From contig NW_021834865.1 in the NCBI RefSeq assembly GCF_006345805.1, positions 1 through 45,525 on the forward strand: a stretch of 45,525 nt of DNA, in the 5' to 3' direction. Numbering within the stretch: position 1 is the stretch's first letter; each line of letters opens with the position of its first letter. Source of the DNA: Octopus sinensis. Its lineage: Eukaryota. A model generated the notes under the pieces. It worked only from the letters and a program-made list of their open reading frames with translations, did no database searches and had not been told where the DNA came from. Positions 38,315 through 45,525 of this stretch are shown here, piece after piece. Made by a program: the position numbers and the translations under genes.

Positions 38315-38489
38315 GAAGAGAAAAAGTGACCTGAAGCAGCATTTGCAGTTGAAGTCCAGTAACTATCTTGATCAATTCTAAGACCACGAAATCAACAACA
38401 AAATTAGGATAGCTAATGAACCTGGGGCGGTGCTTATTTCTATTCATCAAATGAACAAATGAAAGAGAAATGACCAGTTCATTTTCAAG

Positions 38490-39150
38490 CTATTGCATGG
38501 TTACTTGGCACAAAATCACTGACCACAGAAAGAATTGATCGTAACAAACGCATGCGGTGGGGGTACTGGCATCCCACATTGAATGTTATCTGTATGACAT
38601 TCAAGAACGAGAGATCATCACCAAGTGCCTGCAGCTTAAAATGCAGAAAGCATTGACTGACACCAAATGTCGGCTGTGCAAGACCACGACTTAAGTTATC
38701 GGCCATAGCATTGCCAACCGCGAGAGAATGTCTCCCGGATATTATTTTCCCGCGAGGCGTGTTGCGCTGGCCAGAGCAGTCTTGAACAGGATAACTAAAA
38801 CGAAGACAGCAATAGATGAAGCTGACAATATTGAGACCAGTGGGTCAAAAGAATAGCAGTGGAACTTAAAAATTAAAACAGCCAGTTAAAATACAAATGG
38901 CCAGATATTGTTTTGTGACACCACAATGAAAAGGTATGCTCTATTATGGAAATTATTTGCTTTCTATCGAATGTGGTTAGAAAAATACAGGAGTAAGAAA
39001 CGTCTAAGCTCCAATTATTTGGGAGTTCGCAAATCCCTTGATACACTTTAAGCTTCGTGCCTATTATTATTGGTACAACAGGATACGTACCGACCCATCT
39101 GGAGCAATGTATGTCTGAATTTAGATTCTTGAAGAGAAAATGCAACTCAT
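38490..39150 (+). pseudogene. Old R4/Dong-like fragment (family C), CCHC and RLE region
   Basis: Across stops and frameshifts: KLLHGY, ECYLYDIQEREII, KCRLCK, WNLKIKTA, KWPDIVL..KVCSIMEI, FVPIIIGTTGYVP. Not in the ORF track. Confidence 0.75.
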
Positions 39151-39160
39151 TAATCTATAT

Positions 39161-39304
39161 CAGTGCTTCGCAACCTTTTCTCCATCTGAACTAAAATTAT
39201 AACTAGGAGTATAGGAGAAAAATTATATTCAGGTTACACTGTGGCACACCAGCATCATCCCATGACAAACCAGTGTGCCGCGGCACACCGGTTGTGGAGC
39301 ACTG
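39161..39304. mobile_element. 144-bp hAT (Charlie-like) MITE
   Basis: TIRs CAGTGCTTCGCAACC and rc CAGTGCTCCACAACC. Flanks ATCTATAT / GTCTCTAC are a decayed 8-bp TSD. Internal palindrome GTGTGCCGCGGCACAC. Confidence 0.8.
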
Positions 39305-39482
39305 GTCTCTACACCACAAATGACCGCAATATCTGGGACTTTACAAATTTGCTGGACTTTAAGATTTAAAAGATAATGAAGAAAAGAGAAAGCTTTATGT
39401 GACTATGTTGCCATGAAGCTGGTGGCCGATGGACATTCATTCTAAATGGAAAAAGAGAAAGACATACGTCCATACATACATA

Positions 39483-39640
39483 GAAGTGGCTGTGTGGTAA
39501 GAAGGTTGATTCCCAATCATGGAGTCTCGAGTTCAGTTCCACTACATGGAATCAAGGAGAACTGTCTACCACTCGGGCCGACCAAAGCCTTGAAAAGTGA
39601 CTTGTAGACGGAAACTGAAATGAACCTGTTGTGTATACAT
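39483..39640 (+). mobile_element. Decayed head of internal-microsatellite SINE
   Basis: AGTGGCTGTGTGGTAAGAAG..CTCGGGCCGACCAAAGCCTTG..GTAGACGGAAACTGAAA. Confidence 0.7.
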
Positions 39641-39866
39641 ATGTGTGTGTGTATGTTAGTGTGCGCGTGTGCGTGCGTGTGTGCGTGCGTGTGTGCGTGC
39701 GTGTGTGCGTGCGTGTGCGTGTACCTGTGGTGTTTGATCTGAATTTTCCCATATACATTCCTCTCACAATTATCTGTAATATTGTCACAATGCTAGGAAT
39801 CAATACGTGAATGCTAATTCGAAATAGGTCTTCAAACGGAACAGCATTGCTTTGGGCAGACATCTG

Positions 39867-39907
<41 letters not shown>

Positions 39908-40123
39908 TGCCATATACGAACATACATGCAAGCATACATACGTACATATATACATGATACAATGACGTATATATGTATGCCATATATACGTCACGGTATC
40001 ACGATATCGACCAGATTATCGGATGTTATACATCGCTGGTCACGATGCACTTCGCATTGTTTCAACTTTCGAATGACATCATACTGCTGACTAGGCGAGC
40101 TTGGCATTATATATATTTATAAC

Positions 40124-40214
<91 letters not shown>

Positions 40215-40721
40215 GTACATAAATATATACATACATACATAACGTGTGCTTCTACGTATGTTTATATATGTGTGTGTCTCTGTGTGAGTATGTGTGTGTG
40301 TGTGTGTGTGTATGTGTATAGCGGATTCGAAAACTATGAAGTATTATGACTTTTGAATTCTTAATATACCACGATGTCTAATATATCTGCAGACACATAC
40401 ACACACACACACGCACACACACATACACACACACACGCAAACACACACGCTCATACACACGCATGCATACACACACATATTCATAAACATACACATATAT
40501 ACACACATATGTGTACATACAGACATTTAAACACGTAATTTGGAAATCTAAAATTTTAATGTGAGGGGAACCATTGAACTTTTGTTAAATATGTCAGACA
40601 TCCACTCCATAAATGCTCTTTCCATCACCACACGCCCCTACCCTCTCACCCTTTCCGACACACTCTTCTCCTCTTCCTCATCTTTATGTCTTCTTCTTGC
40701 ATTATCATCATCATCATCATC

Positions 40722-40804
<83 letters not shown>

Positions 40805-40919
40805 TTATTCATTATTATTATATTATTATTATTATTATTATTATTATTCATTATTCATTATTATATTATTAGTAGTATTATTATTATTATTATATTATTA
40901 TTATTATTATTATCATGAA

Positions 40920-41100
40920 GGCAGCGAGCTGGCAGTATTTCGCCCGTCGCTACGTTCTGAGTTCAAATTTCGCCGAGGTCAACTTTGCCTTTCTTCCTTT
41001 TAGGGTCAATAAATTAAGTACCAGTTGCGTACTGGGGTCGTTCAAATCGATTGGGCTCCCTTCGCCAAAATGTCAGCCCTTGTGTCTGTAGTAGAAAGGA
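40920..41100 (+). mobile_element. GGCGGCGAGCTGG-family SINE (internally deleted head)
   Basis: GGCAGCGAGCTGGCAG..GTTCTGAGTTCAAATTTCGCCGAGGTCAACTTTGCC..AGAAAGGATTATT. Confidence 0.85.
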
Positions 41101-41114
41101 TTATTATTATTATT

Positions 41115-41790
41115 AATAACATGTTTGGCTTTTGCTTTGTGTTTGTACAAGTTGATTCCAAGTCTCACCCAGAGAACTCAAGAGGCAACAAGGTAGAAGT
41201 TCAAGTTGGTGTTATGACTAGGGTGCCATATTTGGCTTTTGCACGAGCTATTTTTATAGAGAATGTCTGAGAAAACAAGAAAATTAGAAGTTTGTATTAA
41301 AATTAATTTGATTATAAGATGATAGTCTGATGTTAAGACGACAGTAAAAGGTGTTTGCTGTTATGTACTTTTGATAATGTTTCGGGGATTACGTAGACAC
41401 TATGTTCGTAGGATATGAACAGTTCCCTTCAGAACCGTTTATTAAATTTTTTTCTATATTTGGATTTCCTGGTATCTGAGCTAAGTAGCAATCTGACCCT
41501 TTTATTTTCATTACTAGGGGACCTATAACAGCAGGTATCGTTTTAGTCCTAAGGTTCCACATTTTTCCAGCTTCTATTTACAGTTCATTATACTTGCTTA
41601 GTTTTTGGTGGGTCTTGCTAGATGCATTTATGCCGATTGGGACAGTCGTAGCAACCAGAAGGAATGATTTTCGCCTGAAATTCTTCAATATAATGTTTGG
41701 CCTATTTGCATCTACCTTTCTGTCAGTTTAAACAGTAAAGTTCCAAAGGAGTGGGATGTAATCATTTTCAAGCCCTGGAGGGGTTTGGAT
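41115..41790 (-). pseudogene. R4/Dong family D fragment (RLE + 3' UTR + TAA tail)
   Basis: ENDYIPLLWNF..TDRKVDANRPNII..KLSKYNEL*IE..MWNLRTKTIPAVIG..QIPGNP. Not in the ORF track. Confidence 0.82.
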
Positions 41791-41794
41791 TCAC

Positions 41795-42074
41795 TCTTCT
41801 TCTTCTTCTTCTTCTTCTTCTTCTCTTCTTCTTCTTCTTCTTCTTCTTCTTCTTCTTCTTCTTCTTCTTCTTCTCTTCTTTTCTCTTCTTCTCTTCTTCT
41901 TCTTCTTCTTCTTCTTCATCTTCATCTTCTTTCTCTCTTCCTTCTTCTCTTCTTCTTCTTCTCCTTCTTCTTCTTCTTCTTCTTCTTCTCTTCTTCTCTT
42001 CTTCTTCTCTTTCTTCTTCTTCTTCTTCTTCTTCTTCTTCTTCTTCTTCTCCTCCTTCTTCTTCTTCTTCTTCA

Positions 42075-42105
<31 letters not shown>

Positions 42106-42135
42106 CTTCTTCTTCTTTTTCTTCTTCTTCTTCCT
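41795..42135. repeat. (CTT)n/(GAA)n microsatellite
   Basis: Direct inspection. Confidence 0.95.
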
Positions 42136-42715
42136 TCGTAATACAGTGTAGGTAAAAATGCACCGGAGTCTTTAGTCATCTGTCAAGTCACAACAAGGAC
42201 CACAGACAGGTAATACTTTCCTTAAGATGTTCGCTGCCCCCAGTAAGGTTGCTTTTTGCAAGACATCAATCTTGCATGGGATTTCCAGTTACCTTAAGAA
42301 GTCATGAAGTTTCAATGGGATTGAGACCAACTGTCCCATCACTGGTAACACTTTTACATTACGATCTCGCATTCCACACAATCTTGCCATTTCCATTTTC
42401 AATTCGGAGTACTTGGTGATTTTTTCAACATCTTTACTCACAACATTCATATCATTTGGCATGGTTAAATCACTTATCTGACAGAATTTGTCTCTCTTAT
42501 TCAGTATGACAACACCCGGCCGACGGTATTCGATTACACGTCCTTTCTGAAAATCATAGACCCAGAGTATCGTTATTTTCCCATCCTCTTTACTTTACTT
42601 GGTACATGCTCATACCAGTTCTCTGTTACTTCATATTGGTATTTACAGCGTAGGAGCCAATGAAGATACACATACACTTTATCGTGGCGACTGTGGTGGG
42701 AAGCTAACTTCTTAC
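42136..42715 (-). pseudogene. R4/Dong family E fragment whose 3' end runs into (GAA)n
   Basis: RHDKV, YLHWLL, WYEHVP, TILW, RRPGVVILNK..SDLTMP..EKITKYSELKMEM, LQKATLLGAANILRKVL. Then a short 3' UTR followed by GAAGGAAGAAGAA. Confidence 0.82.
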
Positions 42716-42834
42716 CATAAAGCTATGCCTGTCCCTAGATAAAGAATAAATCTCCACCACCAAGATAAAAAATAACCAAAAAAAAAAAAACACAAGCAAA
42801 GAAAACAAAGAAAATCCTGGAGTTAGTAAAAGTA

Positions 42835-43015
42835 AAGAAACTGGTTTTATGTTTAAGAGATGAGGAATTATGTACATTATTTACATTCGACGGATATTTG
42901 TCCTCATCTTGTTTGTTGTTAACAAAACGTTTCGGCTGATATACCCTCCAGCCTTCATCAGGTGTCTTGGGGAAATTTCGAACCCGGGTTCTCATTTCTA
43001 AGGTATTTTTCGATG

Positions 43016-43047
<32 letters not shown>

Positions 43048-43237
43048 GTTATTATTATTATTGCCTGGAATCGAACTCGTAATCTTGGTGTTAGTAGTCC
43101 GCGCTCTTAACCACTACGCCATATACCCATGGCTGGAAGGTATATCAGCCGAAAGGTTGTGTTAACAACCAACAAGATGAAGACAAATATCCGTCGAATG
43201 TAAATAATGTAAATAACGTAAATAATGTAAGAAACTG
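42835..43237 (-). mobile_element. Composite tRNA-head + hammerhead Penelope-like short element with inverted 5' copy
   Basis: TSD AAGAAACTG at 42835-42843 and 43229-43237. Pol III A/B boxes at 43063-43128, an (AAT)n linker, an HHR at 42921-42966, and an inverted partial copy at 43131-43228. Confidence 0.75.
42921..42966 (-). ncRNA. Minimal type I hammerhead ribozyme (one stem I mismatch)
   Basis: GACAC CUGAUGA A GGCUG-gagggUaUaU-CAGCC GAAAC GUU/UUGUU. Confidence 0.65.
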
Positions 43238-43824
43238 ATTTGCCTGAAAATATTACTTGATTTTCTTTGGCGTTTTGTTGTTTAAAAGTTCCAAATTCTA
43301 AATGTTTCATTTCATCACGAACGCACTCGTACACACACACACACACACACACAGACACACACATTTACACATACATACACACACACACTCACACATACAC
43401 ACACATACATACACATACACACATACAATCACACACACACTCACACATACATATACACACACACTCACACACACACACATACACAAACGCTCACACACAC
43501 ATACACACACTCACACATACACCCCACACACACTCACACGCCCATTATTTTCTCCTGAGTTCTAAAATTATATTTGATTCCCATAAAGACTTGTTTAACT
43601 CTGAACGAAATTACATTTCGTGGTTATTTTATTAATGATGTTGAATACCTACAAAATATAAATAAATAAAATAAAAATAGAATCGGTATTTTCTGCAACT
43701 CAATTTGCCTCAGTAAACTTCACATATCTTATCAGAAAACATTTTCAAATGTGATATTCCTCAACAAAAGATTGATTCGTATAGAAAACTGTTCCACATT
43801 TAAGTTAATGAAATTTTAAATGGA

Positions 43825-44742
43825 TATCTGAAGTGCTTTTAAAAAAATATCAGAGTTTATTTTTCCCGCCAAGACTAATGCTGCATGCGCGAGCAAAATC
43901 ATTTGGATGGGAGATGAGTTGCCCTTCCTCCGCATGCGTGAAAATTTTCATGCCAGTTGTAGGCCGTGTTAGTTCTCGGCTATTTTACCTAGATTACAGG
44001 CCTTTAATGCGCGCTCGTCGGATCTTTATTTTCACCGAACTCATCGAGCAGAGATATTGCATCAGTTTTGAGAAAAGTTTGGTGATTCTTAAACTCAAAT
44101 CTCCCAGGAGATGCAGCAGACCTTTGGCGATGATAAACTCATGTCAAAGAGTGGTACAACCGCCTTAAACATGGCCGCACCTTAGTGGGGAGCGAGGTAT
44201 GCTAAGACAGACCATCCAGAAACCGAAAAAAAGAGAAGGTTCGGCGAGCAGTGATGGAAGCCCATCACATAGCGTTCCAGGAAATTGCTCACGAATTGGG
44301 AATAAGGACAGGGCCAGTGCATTAACTGAGGTTTTGTGCATGCGGAGAGTGTCAGCGAAATTCATCCACAAGAAGCAACTCCGCATGGAAATCGCTCAGA
44401 AGATGCTGGACTGTGCAAACCACGATCCAGGCTTCATGAAGTCCATCATCACTAGTGATGAGACACAAGTTTATCATGTCTGCTCGATGTATTCTGTCAC
44501 CTTGCATGAAAACGAAAATCCAACGAGCGCGCACTGCACCTCTGTGCTGTAGGCGTAACACCCGTGAACTGACTCGGCCTATCGGCACAAAAGTGTGTTC
44601 CCGCACACGTAGGAAGGGTGTCGTCTCCTTCTATCTAAAGGATTTTACCAATGTGGCATTAGTTTTGGTGAAAAACAAAACAAAAAAACAACAAAAAAAG
44701 CAAAAACAAAACCGGATACCTTTTGAACGCATCCATCCCGTA
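43825..44742 (+). mobile_element. Mariner relic: N-terminal transposase plus inverted copy of the 5' region
   Basis: EQRYCI, EWYNRLKHGR, LCMRRVSAKFI, RMEIAQKML..FMKSIITSDETQVY (first catalytic Asp motif). TA at both ends. Right TIR rc TACGGGATGGATGCGTTCAAAAGGTATCCGG. Confidence 0.85.
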
Positions 44743-45525
44743 TTGATGTGTTAAAACACCACAATATTTAAGTTGAAGTAATAATAATATTTTCCTATTA
44801 TCAACAATCATATTAAATTTAACCCTTGACGTCGCACGATGAAATTTAAAAACTCTGAGTATATACCCTACTCAATTCGAACCTTTTATTACTAGTACAT
44901 GGTTTATTTTCTTGACCTTTCTTCAAGTGTCCGTCTAAAGATGTTGAGTCAAATATTTTCTATAGAAATAAATATTTGTTGGAATACGAGACATTCTTGG
45001 GTAGATTACAAAATATTTATGTAATACTTCCACCAACGTTAAAATGTTTATAGATATTCTCAACGTGTACAGGTTCAGTTTTATAGCACTAATCATCCTT
45101 CCTTGCAACACTTTCATGACAAACGAAACTGCCAGAGAATATTTGTGGACGAATACAAAAGTGATTTCTGCAGTTCGTTTTACGCAATACCATCTTCTCA
45201 GCTGGATGCAGGCCTCATCTTCTTGAAGAACGCAGAAGAACCGAAAGGATTACCTCAAAGATATTTTGAACGTCATCCCAGCGATTCTACCAAAGAACTG
45301 ACATAATGGGTTTTGGATATTACAAGGGAAATATTCCTCTGGAGTGGCCCTACAAGATGGCATTAATAGCCCAGATTATTTACATTTTAATAGCAAAAAC
45401 TGCACGCATGCTGACGCTATCATCATCATCATCATCATCATCATCGTCGTCCTCGTCTCGTCATCGTCATCGTAATAACACTACTACTACTACTACTACT
45501 ACTAAATAATAATAATAATAATAAT

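Noticed and set aside
43063-43128. Bona fide tRNA gene
   Set aside because: A and B boxes are present, but the anticodon and acceptor stems do not close; it is a SINE-type head.

Overview
This is AT-rich, repeat-saturated eukaryotic DNA with no host gene I can support. The SINE families and extreme microsatellite load point to a coleoid cephalopod, most likely Octopus (inference). Almost all ORFs in the supplied track are translated microsatellites. The recognisable content is mobile DNA. It includes eight pieces of R4/Dong-clade RLE non-LTR retrotransposons from about five lineages, mostly sitting in (TAA)n, and three copies of a ~540-bp non-coding (TAA)n-associated element. There are also several tRNA-derived SINE families, a CR1 3' end, mariner relics, hAT-type MITEs and a scrambled Gypsy relic. 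The two most interesting observations follow. (1) A 1.45-kb insert (22360-23810) splits a SINE head, is bounded by a decayed 15-bp duplication, and carries two orphan ORFs, intron-like segments and repeated hairpins. (2) There are several hammerhead-ribozyme (HHR) motifs in Penelope-like contexts. One has a fully intact core (28676-28770, minus). Another lies in a 9-bp-TSD-flanked unit joining a tRNA-derived Pol III head to an HHR, with an inverted partial copy (42835-43237). Coordinates were read by eye and may be off by a few bases.
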